Positions 32,064-43,489 are shown, numbered from the stretch's first letter. The stretch is DNA of 64,000 nucleotides from Nitrosopumilus sp. (GCA_965224195.1 OZ245040.1:1568001-1632000), one strand, 5' to 3'. The notes: generated by a model not told the origin, from the letters alone. Numbers and translations: made by a program.

Positions 32064-33341
32064 ATGATAATTCAAAATTTTGATGACTTGGCAACTACAG
32101 ACAAGAAAAAAGATTGTTTAGAAATTTTAGAGTCAGGGCTTCAAGCAGCAAATCCAGAAAATATAATTAAAAAAATTGTTACTCCCAATGAAATCAAAAT
32201 TAACGGCAAATCATTCAGTTTAGAGAAATATTCAAGCATCTATTCAGTAGCTTTTGGAAAGGCAGGGGACACCATGACCAGAGCACTCAATGCGATTATT
32301 CCTATAAAAAGTGGAATTATAGTTATTCCAAAAGGCTCAAAATCAGTTATCAAAGGTAAAAAATTCCAGATTTTCAACTCCAGACATCCAAAGCCAGATT
32401 CCACAAGCGTAAAGGCAGCAAAGGAAGTCATGAAATTTGTTCAAAACAAGCGAAATGATGAATTGATAATTTTTCTAGTTTCCGGAGGAGGATCATCATT
32501 GTTAGCAATGCCTGATGACATTACTTTGGATGACAAAGTGCATGTTACAAATACATTATTAAAATCAGGAGCCACCATACAAGAATTCAATTGTATTAGA
32601 AAACATCTATCCAAAATCAAGGGAGGTAAGCTTGTAGAGAATATGAAATGTCAAGGAATAGGACTTGTGATGTCAGATGTTGAAGGAGATGATCTGTCCT
32701 CAATTGCATCAGGTGCAACATACATGGATGACACAACATATGAAGATGCATTAGAAATTATTAAAAAATACAAAATAGGATGGAAAATACCTGATGAAGT
32801 TTTGACACTTTTAAAAAACAGAATGAATGAAAAAAAACTAGAGACTCCAAAAAAAGCTAAAATTGAAAATTATGTGATAGCAAATAATGATGATTGTCTA
32901 AATGAAATGAAAGTTCAAGCAGAAAAAATGGGCTACACAGTTAGCATAATGCATATTTTTGGAGATATCAAAGAAGGGGTAACCAAAATCCTTGAAAAAA
33001 TTTCAGAGAATGAAAAAACCTGCATTATTTTTGGAGGAGAGCCAACAGTAAAAGTTCTCGGAAAAGGGATGGGAGGAAGAAATCAAGAATTAGTTTTGAG
33101 ATTATTAAAAAATACACAAAAATCAAAAAAACTTGTCATCTCATCTGCAGGAACAGATGGAATAGATGGTAACTCAGTTTTTGCAGGAGCAATTACAGAA
33201 AATGTAAAAGTAGATTTGGATGTTATGAAAGAATTTCTTAAAAATAATGATTCAGGTAGATTCTTTCAAAAACAAAAAGGCAACATAATCACTAAAGCCA
33301 CACACACAAATCTGATGGATATAGGCGTGATTTTGAAATAA
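32064..33341 (+). CDS. Glycerate 2-kinase (DUF4147/MOFRL)
   Basis: FGKAG, SGGGSSL, GGRNQE, GTDGIDG and TNLMD motifs. Confidence 0.9.
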   Translation: MIIQNFDDLATTDKKKDCLEILESGLQAANPENIIKKIVTPNEIKINGKSFSLEKYSSIYSVAFGKAGDTMTRALNAIIPIKSGIIVIPKGSKSVIKGKKFQIFNSRHPKPDSTSVKAAKEVMKFVQNKRNDELIIFLVSGGGSSLLAMPDDITLDDKVHVTNTLLKSGATIQEFNCIRKHLSKIKGGKLVENMKCQGIGLVMSDVEGDDLSSIASGATYMDDTTYEDALEIIKKYKIGWKIPDEVLTLLKNRMNEKKLETPKKAKIENYVIANNDDCLNEMKVQAEKMGYTVSIMHIFGDIKEGVTKILEKISENEKTCIIFGGEPTVKVLGKGMGGRNQELVLRLLKNTQKSKKLVISSAGTDGIDGNSVFAGAITENVKVDLDVMKEFLKNNDSGRFFQKQKGNIITKATHTNLMDIGVILK

Positions 33342-33399
33342 ATCAACCTAGAGAAGATAAAATATCAATTTTAATTAAATAAAACAAGTTTCAAAATAT

Positions 33400-33780
33400 C
33401 TGAATGACATTGTACCAAGAACCAATGACAGGGCTATGGTCAGGGGCAGATGAGGTTTGGATTAAGCATATATGAAATCAAGCAAGAAAGTCTTTGGAAA
33501 GAAAACTAACCATATCAGACATATTCACATTGCAGGTAAAAGAGACAACAATAACAAGATAGAAAGATTGAATGGTAAAATCAGAGACCGTGAAAAAGTA
33601 TTCAGAGGTCTCAAAAAGATAGACACTCCATCATTGACGGAATGAAAACCTACTACAATTTCACTAAAAAGCATCCATGGTTCTTTGAAAGGCAAGACAC
33701 CAGCAGAACAAGCCATGTAGATGGTAGGAACAAATGGATTACATTAATTCAAAATGCCAGGCCTCTGCAAGGAAGATTCA
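33400..33780 (+). mobile_element. Degenerate IS6-like DDE transposase C-terminal remnant (left edge of the island)
   Basis: Frameshifted translation HIRHIHIAGKRDNNNKIERLNGKIRDREKVFRGLKK/.../YYNFTKKH/.../LKGKTPAEQA/.../NKWITLIQNA. Confidence 0.75.
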
Positions 33781-33851
33781 GTCTAGCTTGTCCCTCGACA
33801 AGTTGGCAGAAAGGTCATATAATATTAGCAGTATAAAAAAAATACGGGATA

Positions 33852-36800
33852 TCATTTGCGCGACATGTCTGCGCGTACCATATGCTGCAAATAGCTCATT
33901 GCCTTTGCTTCCTCCAGTTTCATTGCATCAAGTATCTCCGGGTTTTGCAGCTTGTTTGTTGGTGAGGGCACAATCCATATGGTTACAGGCTCTGCCAGAT
34001 CAGAGGATGGTTTGTCGTATATACTGCCATACATATTTTTTGCATGCTGCAATGCGCGGTCCCTCTCATGAGATATCATACTGTCATAGTTAGAGTTTGT
34101 TCTGGTCATTACGCTGCTAATGTCATCCTGGTACCGTACAAACTCATCTCGTTCCAGCTGGAGCCATGTACCATGGTCATTTTGTGTCCAGGCAAATCCC
34201 CACTGGTCAGCCCACAGGTTTTTGGCCCTGTCTGTCTGGGTCAGTGTCAGCTGGTGCGTACTTGCATATTCATTAGAGTGATACTTGCCACTGTTTGCAA
34301 CATGGTGCATATCTGCCGGATTTAGTGATTCGCCAAGTACCACAAAGCCGTCATTAAAGTAATTTGTATGGACTCGTCTGTCCATGTCAACTGCCGCTAT
34401 GGCAAATGCCCTGTGTATTGGCGCCTCGTTGAAGTCAAACTGCAATGTTACAGTGTGACAGTTTGGTTGGGCATCTGCACTAAGACATTTGCTTGGCTGT
34501 ATGGTTGCAGCAGTTACAGTGCCATCCAGCAAACCTTCTGTATCTGTTGTATCAATTCGGACTACATCATAGTTATTTGGACTGGTATAGTTTCTAGACA
34601 GACTTACCTTTACGAATACCTCTGCATTAGATGCATCTCCAGGCCTTGGTACTCCAAAGAAAAACTCTACATATCGCAAAGTATTGTCAGTGTACATTTT
34701 GGCCTGCAGATAGTTTGTGGTGTCTATCAATATTTTATCCTCCGGATATTTTGTGTGCCATGATACAACGTCAACGCAGCTGTCATTAAGGCACATGCCA
34801 TCATTTACAATCAGACTTTCTGTCAGGTGGGATAATCCAAAGGTTGGCTTTTTGTAGTGCTCATTTGAGCTGCCAGTACTCCTCTTCTTTTTGTGATCTT
34901 TTAGTGGATCTGCGTTAGGATCTGGTACTGTATATGTCACATCATAAGAGCCAAAAGGCTGTGGAGAACCTTCTACATTGAAAAATACACTCAATGTAAA
35001 GTAGTATGTCTCTCCAGGATTAACATTATTAAATATGTGGGATTCTAATGTACCACCTATTACACCGTCAAGTGATATGTAACCACCAGTATGTGGGTCA
35101 CCATTAGCATTCTCTGATACCCATGATAAATCATAGCCAGTTACCTCTAATGATGGCGGCTGGGTCCATGTCAGTAAGATTGCAGTGCTGTTATACATTG
35201 CAGCATTTACTGTTACAACAACTGGTGCAGGAACTATATCATCTGCCATATCTTGGGCATCTGCTGCGGCTTGGGCTGCTGCATCTGCTGCTGCTTGGGC
35301 ATCTGCTGCTGCTTGGGCATCTGCTGCTGCTTGGGCTGCTGCTGCTTGGGCATCTGCTGCTGCTTGGGCATCTGCTGCTGCTTGGGCTGCTGCTGCTTGG
35401 GCATCTGCTGCTTGGGCATCTGCTGCTGCAGGCATATCAAAGGAGGCAGATACCGCAGATGATTGCACAGTATATGTTGATCCAACGGCGGCATCTGCAA
35501 CTACAAATACGTTGTATGACTTACCCGGTGTCAGGCCTGTTGCCGTATATGAGGTGCCAGTTATAGAACCGCTTGATGCAGCAGCACCAGAACCGTCAGA
35601 ATCAACAACAGTCACTTGATAAGTTACATTATTAATGGTATAGAAGTCATTGACATCCACTGTAGGTGCAGTCCAAGTGATAGTAGCTGTGGTGCCGTTT
35701 ATGACACTGACTAAAAGGTTAGTTGGCGCATCAAGTGATGGTGGTTCAGACACAGCAAAGGATACAGCTGCGGTAGGTTGGGAGGACAAAACGGCTGAAT
35801 CTGACAACAAGGCTTTTGCCTCTATGGTTACCTCATAAGATTTGCCCGGTATCAGGTTTGTTGCCGTATGTGTGGTAGTGCTGCCGTCAGATATGGTATA
35901 CGGTACGGTGGTGCCAGCAGCAGTATCAGTGACATTCACGAGATAGGATACGGAATTAATGTCATAGAATGAATTGGCCGGTATTGCAGGTGCAGTCCAG
36001 GTGATTTCAGCGGCTGTGCCGTTTATGACATTGACTGAAAGGTTAGTTGGCGCAGCAAGTGACGGAGGTGTCGGCATATCAAAGGATACAGCTGTGGCAG
36101 ATGATTCCAAATCATCGCCTGAATCCAGCAAGACTAGTGCCTTTACAGATGCATTATAGGACTTGCCCGGTATCAGGTTTGTTGCCGTATGTGTGGTAGT
36201 GGTGCCGTCAGATATGGTATACGGTACGGTGGTGCCAGCATCAGTATCAGTGACATTCACAAGGTAGGATACGGAATTAATGTCATAGAATGGATTGGCA
36301 GGTATTGCAGGTGCAGTCCAGGTGATTTCAGCAGCTGTGCCGTTTATGACATTGACTAAAAGGTTAGTTGGCGCATCAAGTGATGGCGGCTGTACACTGT
36401 TAGTTACTGCAATGGCATTGTTTAGTGCTGCAACTATTTGATTGCCTGAAACATCAAATACTGCCGCTTCTAGGATGTCCAGTTCTGGGACAGTCAATGC
36501 AATGACTGCCAGTCTTTGGGATTCGGTCAGCTTGATCTCTATTGAAGTGCTGTTGCCGACAGTTTCAATGCTGGCACCAGTCAGTGCCGTGCCGGTACCA
36601 TTAGCACTTCCCGACTCACTGATGAACAGTTTGGATAAATCAAAGGGGGCAGTAGTAGACAAGCCCTCGTTTGCTATTATCTCATCAAAAGTTATTGTCA
36701 GGACTCCTGTTTCCTCATCCAGTGCGGCTGACTCTAATTTTGGCGGGATGCTGTCAACAGGTACTGTATATTTAATAAAAGTAGTAGAATGTACCGAGCC

Positions 36801-39800
36801 CTCATAATTGTATAGAACCAAGTAAATAGTATATGTACGTCCAGGATCAACGTTTTTAATTATTTGTGATGTTGGCCTATCATCTTCATATTTAAAGTCC
36901 TTTAAAGGCACAAGTCCTCTTGAGTCATCACCATCACCCAAAGACAGTTCATAAAAAACTATATCACTGGATATTGAAAGCCATGACACCTTGATTGCAT
37001 CACTGCCATTCATTGCAGCAGTTAATTGTATGTCTTTTGGTGTTTCAGTAAATGGTATGTCTTTTAGAGGAGCTGATAATCCTTTATCAGTAACACCACC
37101 ATCACCACCAGGAAATATTAGACTATTAACACCACCACCAGAAGGATATATTGGAGTTACTTGAAACCTGCATATGCCGTTTATATCCAAATCATCTATA
37201 GACACAGATGTAAAGCCAGTATGAATCTCAGTATATTTTGTACCATGAGTAGCAGGACAATTGTATGAGATACTATAATAATCTAATACTTTATCACCTG
37301 AATTTGCTGGTGCTTTCCATGTTAAAGTGACTCTTTTGTTACCTGTTTTTTCTATCTCTAAATTTTGTACTTTAATCTGATCTGCTGATGGCGGTGTGCC
37401 TGCACCGCTATCTACTACTACTACTGCTGCTGCTGGCATATTAAAGGAGGCAGATACCTCAACTGATTCCACAGTATAGCTTGATCCAACGACAGCATAT
37501 GCAACTACATATACATTGTATGACTCACCCGGTGTCAGGCCTGTTGCCGTATATGAGGTGCCAGTTATAGAACCACTTGATGCAGCACCAGAACCGTCAG
37601 AATCAACGACAGTCACTTGATAACTCACATCATTAATGGTATAATACTCATTGACAACCACTGTAGGTGCAGTCCAAGTGATAGTAGCTGTGGTGCCAGA
37701 TACAGCCACTGAAAGGTTGGTTGGAGCATCAAGTGATGGAGGTTCAGACACAGCAAAGGATACAGCTGCGGTAGGTTGGGAGGACAGAACGGTTGAATCT
37801 GACAACAAGGCTGTTGCCTCTACGGTTACCTCATAAGATTTGCCAGGTGTCAGGTTTGTTGCCGTATGTGTGGTAGTGGTGCCAGCAGGTACGGTATACG
37901 GTACGGTGGTGCCAGCAGCAGTATCAGTGACATTCACAAGATAGGATACGTTACTAATGTCATAGAATGAATTGGCCGGTATTGCAGGTGCAGTCCAAGT
38001 GATGGTAGCTGTGGTGCCAGATACTGCCACTGAAAGGCCAGTTGGAGCAGCAAGTGGCGGTGCTGGTACTGCTGCTACACTGTTAGTTACTGCAATTGCA
38101 TTGTTTAGTGCCGCAGCTATTGCGTTGCCTGAAACATCAGATACTGCTGCTGCCATGATGTCCAGTTCTGGAGTAGTCAATGCAAGGGCTGACTGTAATT
38201 GAGGTGCAGTCAGCTTGATTTCTATGGAGGTACTGTTGCCGACAGTTTCAATGCTGGCACCGCTCAGTGCCGTGCCGGTACCATTAACACTTGCTGACTC
38301 ACTGATGAGCAGTTTGGACAGGTCAACTGGAGTGGTTAATGCATACTCGTAGACACGATTATGTTGAGCACCTACAACAAACATCTTTGTTCCAGCAGGG
38401 TTGAATGTCACACCATTTGGAGAGTTGTCCTGTGTACCTACTGGGAAATGGCGTGTATAGGAGGAGGAAGATAAGTCAAAGGGAGTAGTTAATGCATACT
38501 CGTAGACACGATCATATTGACTACCTACAACAAACATCTTTGTTCCAGCAGGGTTGAATGTTACACCATATGGAGAGTTGTCCTGTGTACCTACTGGGAA
38601 ATCGCGTGTATAGGAGGAGGAAGATACGTCAAATGGAGAAGATAATGTGTACTCGTAGATCTTCTCATTGGCATAACCTGCAACAAACATCTTTGTTCCA
38701 GCAGGGTTGAATGCTACACCATATAGAGATGAGTCCTGTGAATGTATTGAAAAAGAGCGGTCTGCATAGGCGGCAGTGGATAGGTCAAATGGAGAAGATA
38801 ATGTGTACTCGTAGATATTCTCACTGGTATGACCTACAACAAACATCTTTGTTCCAGCAGGGTTGAATGCTACATCATATGGAGATGTGTCCTGTGAATG
38901 TATTGAAAAAGAGCGGTCTGCATAGGCGGCAGTGGATACGTCAAATGGAGCAGTTAATCTATACTCGTAGATACTATCATTTTGGTTACCTACAACAAAC
39001 ATCAGTGTTCCATTTGTGCTAAATGCCACGCCTTGTGGAGAGTTGTCCTGTGAAGCTACTAAGAAAGAGTTGTCTGTATAGTCAGCAGTAGACAGATCAA
39101 AGCCCTCGTTTGCTATTATCTCATCAAAAGTTACTGCCAAGACTCCGGTTTCCTCATCTAGTGCGGCTGACTCGAAGGTTGGCGGGGTATTGTCAGCAGC
39201 AAGTGGTGGCGGTGGTGGTAATACTGCTGCTACACTGTTAGTTACTGCAATTGCATTGTCATATAATGCGAGAATTTGATTGCCTGAAACATCAGATACT
39301 GCCGCTTCTAGGATGTCCAGTTCTGGAATAGTCAATGCAATTACTGACTGTAATTGAGGTGCAGTTATCTTGATCTCTATTGAAGTGCTGTTGCCGACAG
39401 TTTCAATGCTGGCACCAGTCAGTGCCGTGCCGGTACCATTAACACTTCCCGACTCACTGATGAACAGTTTGGATAGGTCAACTGGAGTGGTTAATGCATA
39501 CTCGTGTACACGATCACTGCCAGTACCTACAACAAACATCTTTGTTCCAGCAGGGTTAAATGCCACGCCTCTTGGAGAATTGTCCTGTGAACCTACTGAG
39601 AGAGTGTCTGTATGGGAAACATTGGACAAGTCAAAGGGAGTAGTTAATGTGTACTCGTAGATATTATCATGTTGAAAACCTGCAACAAACATCTTTGTTC
39701 CGTCTGGGTTAAATGCCATGCCTGTTGGACTCGTGTCCTGTGAACCTACTGCGAAAGATCTATTTGCATAGGAGGAGGAGGATAAGTCAAAGGGAGTAGT

Positions 39801-42800
39801 TAATGTGTACTCGTAGATTTTTTCAGTATTATAACCTACAACAAACATCTTTGTTCCGTCTGTGTTAAATGCCATGCCTGTTGGATGCGTGTCCTGTGTG
39901 CCTACTGAGACAGAGCTATTTGCATAGGAGGCAGTGGATAAGTCAAAGGGAGTAGTTAATGTGTACTCGTAGATAGCATTATTGGCAGTACCTGCAACAA
40001 ACATCTTTGTTCCGTCTGTGTTAAATGCCATACCTGTTGGATGCGTGTCCTGTAAAGCTACTGGGTAATGGCGTACAAAGGTGGGATTGGATACGTCAAA
40101 GGGAGCATCTAATGTGTACTCGAAGACCTTCTCACTTTGATAACCTACAACAAACATCTTTGTTCCATTTGTGTTGAATGTTACGCTTTCTGGATCCGAC
40201 TCCCTGCTATTTACTGAGAAAGAGTTGTCTGTATAGGAGGCAGTAGACAAGTCAAAGCCCTCGTTTGCTATTATCTCATCAAAAGTTACTGCCAAAACTC
40301 CGGTTTCCTCATTTAGTGTTGCTGAATCAAATGTTGGCGGGATATTATCAGCAGCAAGTGGTGGCGGTGTGCCTGCCCCACCATCTACTACTACTGCAGG
40401 TATATTAAAGGAGGCAGATACAGGAGATGATTCCACAAAATAGTCTGGTCCAATGATCACTGCATATACATGTACATCGTATGACTCACCCGGTGTCAGG
40501 CCTGTTGCCGTATATGAGGTGTCATCTGCAGTGTCGTCGAGTTCAGAATCGTCAGAACTAATGACAGTCAATTGATAACTCACATCATCAATGGTATAAT
40601 ACTCATTGAAATCCACTGTAGGTGCAGCCCAAGTGATTTCAGCGGCTGTGCCGTTTATGACATTGACTAAAAGGTTGGTTGGCGCATCAAGTGGTGGAGG
40701 TAGCGGTATATCAAAGGATACAGCTGCGGCAGGTTGGGAGGACAGAACGGTTGAATCTGACAACAAGGCTTTTGCCTCAACTGTTACCTCATAAGATTTG
40801 CCCACTATCAGGTACGTCGTATGCTCGGTAGTGCCAGCAGGCACGGTATGCTGTACGCTGGTGCCAGCAGCAACATCAATGACATACACGATATAGGATA
40901 CGGAATTAATATCATAGAATGAATTGGCCGGTATTACAGGTGCAGTCCAGATGATGTCAACGGCTGTGGTAAATACATCCACTGAAAGGCCAGTTGGCGC
41001 AGCAAGTGGTGGTGGTACTGCTGCTACACTGTTAGTTACTGCAATGATATTGTCATATGATGCGAGAATCTCATTACCTGAAACATCAGATACAGCTGCT
41101 GCCAAGATGTCCAGTTCTGGGGTAGTCAATGCAATTACTGACTGTAATTGAGGTGCAGTCATCTTGATCTCTATGGAGGTGCTGTTGCCGACAGTTTCAA
41201 TGCTGGCACTGCTCAGTACCGTGCCGGTACCATTAACACTTCCCGACTCACTGATGAGCAGTTTGGATAGATCAACTGGAGTAGACAATGCATACTCGTA
41301 GACACGATTATGTTGAGCACCTACAACAAACATCTTTGTTCCAGCAGGGTTGAATGCCACGCCTCTTGGAGACGTGTCCTGTGTACCTACTGTGAGAGTG
41401 TCTGTATGGGAGACATTGGATAAGTCAAAGGGAGTAGATAATGTGTACTCGTAGATAGCATTATTGGTACTACCTGCAACAAACATCTTTGTTCCAGCCG
41501 GGTTAAATGCCACGCCTTCTGGACCCGTGTCCTGTGTACCTACTGAGAAAGAGCTATTTGCATAGGAGGCAGTGGATAAGTTAAAGGGAGTAGATAATGT
41601 ATACTCGTAGATTTTTTCAGTATTATAATCTACAACAAACATCTTTGTTCCGTCTGGGTTAAATGCCACATCATGTGGAGACGTGGCCTCTGAAGATACT
41701 GAGAAATTGCGTGTATGGGAGACATGGGATAAGTCAAAGGGAGTAGTTAATGTGTACTCGTAGATAGCATTATTGGTATTACCTGCAACAAACATCTTTG
41801 TTCCATTTGTGTTAAATGCCATACCTGTTGGATGCGTGTCCTGTAAAGCTACTGGGTAATGGCGTACAAAGGTGGGATTGGATACGTCAAAGGGAGCATC
41901 TAATGTGTACTCGAAGACCTTCTCACTTTGATAACCTGCAACAAACATCTTTGTTCCATTTGTGTTGAATGTTACGCTTTCTGGATCCGTGTCCTTGTTA
42001 TCTACTGAGAAAGAATTGTCTGTATAGACGGCAGTAGACAAGTCAAAGCCCTCGTTTGCTATTATCTCATCAAAAGTTATTGCCAAAACTCCGGTTTCCT
42101 CATCTAGTGCGGCTGACTCGAAGGTTGGCGGGGTATTGTCAGCAGCAAGTGGTGGCGGTGGTGATACTACCGCTACACTGTTAGTTACTACAATGGCATT
42201 GTCATATGATGCGAGAATCTCATTACCTGAAACATCAGATACTGCCGCTGCCAAGATGTCCAGTTCTGGAGTAGTTAATGCAAGGGCTGACTGTAATTGA
42301 AGTGCAGTAAGCTTGATCTCTATGGAGGTGCTGTTGCCGACAGTTTCAATGCTGGCACCGCTCAGTGCCGTGCCGGTACCATTAACACTTGCTAACTCAC
42401 TGATGAACAGTTTTGACAGGTCAACTGGAGTGGTTAATGCATACTCGTGGATATTCCCGCCATCATTACCTACAACAAACATCTTTGTTCCAGCAGGGTT
42501 AAATGCTACATCTGCCGGAATCTCGTCCCGTGCAGATACTGAGAAAGTGCCTGTATGGGAGACATTGGATATGTCAAATGGAGTAGTTAATGTGTACTCG
42601 TAGACATTGTCACTACCATAACCTACAACAAACATCTTTGTTCCAGCCGGGTTAAATGCCACACCTGACGGAGTACCCTCCCGTACCCCTATTGAGAAAG
42701 TGCCTGTATGGGAGGCAGTAGATACGTTAAAGGGAGTAGATAATGTGTACTCGTAGACAGCACCATTATTAGAACCTACAACAAACATCTTTGTTCCAGC

Positions 42801-43403
42801 CGGGTTGAATGCCACGTCTTCTGGATACGTGGCCTCTGAAGATACTGAGACATTGCGTGTATAGGAGGCAGTGGATAAGTTAAAGGGAGTAGTTAATGTG
42901 TACTCATTGACCTTTTCACTGTCAGTACCTATAACAAACATCTTTGTTCCAGCTGGGTTAAATGCCACGTCTTCTGGGGTGTCTTCCTTTAAAGATACTG
43001 AGAAATCGCGTTTATAGTCGGAGGAGGATACGTCAAAGGGAGTAGTTAATTCGTACTCGTAGATTTTGCCAGTACTAGAACCTGCAACAAACATCTTTGT
43101 TCCGTCTGGGTTAAATGCTACACCTGTTGGATCCGAGTCCTTGTTAGATACTGAGAAAGAGTTGTCTGTATAGTCAGCAGTAGACAGATCAAAGCCCTCG
43201 TTTGCGATTATCTCATTAAAAGTTATTGCCAAAACTCCGGTTCCCTCATCCAGTGCTGCTGACTCGAAGGTTGGCGGGGTGCTGTCAGGTGTAACTGCAA
43301 CAGGACTGCCCGGTGATGGTGCCTGTGCAGACACAAGAGACATGCCAGACAATGCAAGAACTGAGAAAAGCAAAAACAGCAAAAAGACACTCTTTGGAGC
43401 CAT
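33852..43403 (-). CDS. Giant secreted surface protein (3183 aa): four beta-propellers in Ig-like modules, multiple FN3 domains, Ala/Gln linker
   Basis: Signal peptide; repeated blades (P.GVAFNP.GTKMFV...IYEY.L.TPFDLS); FN3 repeats (APT.L.V...ITW.AP...GL.PG.SY). Confidence 0.9.
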   Translation of the reverse strand: MAPKSVFLLFLLFSVLALSGMSLVSAQAPSPGSPVAVTPDSTPPTFESAALDEGTGVLAITFNEIIANEGFDLSTADYTDNSFSVSNKDSDPTGVAFNPDGTKMFVAGSSTGKIYEYELTTPFDVSSSDYKRDFSVSLKEDTPEDVAFNPAGTKMFVIGTDSEKVNEYTLTTPFNLSTASYTRNVSVSSEATYPEDVAFNPAGTKMFVVGSNNGAVYEYTLSTPFNVSTASHTGTFSIGVREGTPSGVAFNPAGTKMFVVGYGSDNVYEYTLTTPFDISNVSHTGTFSVSARDEIPADVAFNPAGTKMFVVGNDGGNIHEYALTTPVDLSKLFISELASVNGTGTALSGASIETVGNSTSIEIKLTALQLQSALALTTPELDILAAAVSDVSGNEILASYDNAIVVTNSVAVVSPPPPLAADNTPPTFESAALDEETGVLAITFDEIIANEGFDLSTAVYTDNSFSVDNKDTDPESVTFNTNGTKMFVAGYQSEKVFEYTLDAPFDVSNPTFVRHYPVALQDTHPTGMAFNTNGTKMFVAGNTNNAIYEYTLTTPFDLSHVSHTRNFSVSSEATSPHDVAFNPDGTKMFVVDYNTEKIYEYTLSTPFNLSTASYANSSFSVGTQDTGPEGVAFNPAGTKMFVAGSTNNAIYEYTLSTPFDLSNVSHTDTLTVGTQDTSPRGVAFNPAGTKMFVVGAQHNRVYEYALSTPVDLSKLLISESGSVNGTGTVLSSASIETVGNSTSIEIKMTAPQLQSVIALTTPELDILAAAVSDVSGNEILASYDNIIAVTNSVAAVPPPLAAPTGLSVDVFTTAVDIIWTAPVIPANSFYDINSVSYIVYVIDVAAGTSVQHTVPAGTTEHTTYLIVGKSYEVTVEAKALLSDSTVLSSQPAAAVSFDIPLPPPLDAPTNLLVNVINGTAAEITWAAPTVDFNEYYTIDDVSYQLTVISSDDSELDDTADDTSYTATGLTPGESYDVHVYAVIIGPDYFVESSPVSASFNIPAVVVDGGAGTPPPLAADNIPPTFDSATLNEETGVLAVTFDEIIANEGFDLSTASYTDNSFSVNSRESDPESVTFNTNGTKMFVVGYQSEKVFEYTLDAPFDVSNPTFVRHYPVALQDTHPTGMAFNTDGTKMFVAGTANNAIYEYTLTTPFDLSTASYANSSVSVGTQDTHPTGMAFNTDGTKMFVVGYNTEKIYEYTLTTPFDLSSSSYANRSFAVGSQDTSPTGMAFNPDGTKMFVAGFQHDNIYEYTLTTPFDLSNVSHTDTLSVGSQDNSPRGVAFNPAGTKMFVVGTGSDRVHEYALTTPVDLSKLFISESGSVNGTGTALTGASIETVGNSTSIEIKITAPQLQSVIALTIPELDILEAAVSDVSGNQILALYDNAIAVTNSVAAVLPPPPPLAADNTPPTFESAALDEETGVLAVTFDEIIANEGFDLSTADYTDNSFLVASQDNSPQGVAFSTNGTLMFVVGNQNDSIYEYRLTAPFDVSTAAYADRSFSIHSQDTSPYDVAFNPAGTKMFVVGHTSENIYEYTLSSPFDLSTAAYADRSFSIHSQDSSLYGVAFNPAGTKMFVAGYANEKIYEYTLSSPFDVSSSSYTRDFPVGTQDNSPYGVTFNPAGTKMFVVGSQYDRVYEYALTTPFDLSSSSYTRHFPVGTQDNSPNGVTFNPAGTKMFVVGAQHNRVYEYALTTPVDLSKLLISESASVNGTGTALSGASIETVGNSTSIEIKLTAPQLQSALALTTPELDIMAAAVSDVSGNAIAAALNNAIAVTNSVAAVPAPPLAAPTGLSVAVSGTTATITWTAPAIPANSFYDISNVSYLVNVTDTAAGTTVPYTVPAGTTTTHTATNLTPGKSYEVTVEATALLSDSTVLSSQPTAAVSFAVSEPPSLDAPTNLSVAVSGTTATITWTAPTVVVNEYYTINDVSYQVTVVDSDGSGAASSGSITGTSYTATGLTPGESYNVYVVAYAVVGSSYTVESVEVSASFNMPAAAVVVVDSGAGTPPSADQIKVQNLEIEKTGNKRVTLTWKAPANSGDKVLDYYSISYNCPATHGTKYTEIHTGFTSVSIDDLDINGICRFQVTPIYPSGGGVNSLIFPGGDGGVTDKGLSAPLKDIPFTETPKDIQLTAAMNGSDAIKVSWLSISSDIVFYELSLGDGDDSRGLVPLKDFKYEDDRPTSQIIKNVDPGRTYTIYLVLYNYEGSVHSTTFIKYTVPVDSIPPKLESAALDEETGVLTITFDEIIANEGLSTTAPFDLSKLFISESGSANGTGTALTGASIETVGNSTSIEIKLTESQRLAVIALTVPELDILEAAVFDVSGNQIVAALNNAIAVTNSVQPPSLDAPTNLLVNVINGTAAEITWTAPAIPANPFYDINSVSYLVNVTDTDAGTTVPYTISDGTTTTHTATNLIPGKSYNASVKALVLLDSGDDLESSATAVSFDMPTPPSLAAPTNLSVNVINGTAAEITWTAPAIPANSFYDINSVSYLVNVTDTAAGTTVPYTISDGSTTTHTATNLIPGKSYEVTIEAKALLSDSAVLSSQPTAAVSFAVSEPPSLDAPTNLLVSVINGTTATITWTAPTVDVNDFYTINNVTYQVTVVDSDGSGAAASSGSITGTSYTATGLTPGKSYNVFVVADAAVGSTYTVQSSAVSASFDMPAAADAQAADAQAAAAQAAADAQAAADAQAAAAQAAADAQAAADAQAAADAAAQAAADAQDMADDIVPAPVVVTVNAAMYNSTAILLTWTQPPSLEVTGYDLSWVSENANGDPHTGGYISLDGVIGGTLESHIFNNVNPGETYYFTLSVFFNVEGSPQPFGSYDVTYTVPDPNADPLKDHKKKRSTGSSNEHYKKPTFGLSHLTESLIVNDGMCLNDSCVDVVSWHTKYPEDKILIDTTNYLQAKMYTDNTLRYVEFFFGVPRPGDASNAEVFVKVSLSRNYTSPNNYDVVRIDTTDTEGLLDGTVTAATIQPSKCLSADAQPNCHTVTLQFDFNEAPIHRAFAIAAVDMDRRVHTNYFNDGFVVLGESLNPADMHHVANSGKYHSNEYASTHQLTLTQTDRAKNLWADQWGFAWTQNDHGTWLQLERDEFVRYQDDISSVMTRTNSNYDSMISHERDRALQHAKNMYGSIYDKPSSDLAEPVTIWIVPSPTNKLQNPEILDAMKLEEAKAMSYLQHMVRADMSRK
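35256..35428. repeat. Low-complexity coding repeat (AQAAAD)n
   Basis: gcatctgctgctgcttgg units. Confidence 0.85.
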
Positions 43404-43489
43404 GGCTACAAAGACTCCGTCATCGTCATGCCATCAAGAAAGGCAGGACTTTGGGCTACAAAATATTCAGGCAATGGGAGTCTCGCTTC

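Noticed and set aside
35123-35619. Several overlapping low-complexity ORFs (poly-LLLGH, CCCLG, QQQMPK)
   Set aside because: Shadows of the AQAAAD linker in the 3183-aa gene.
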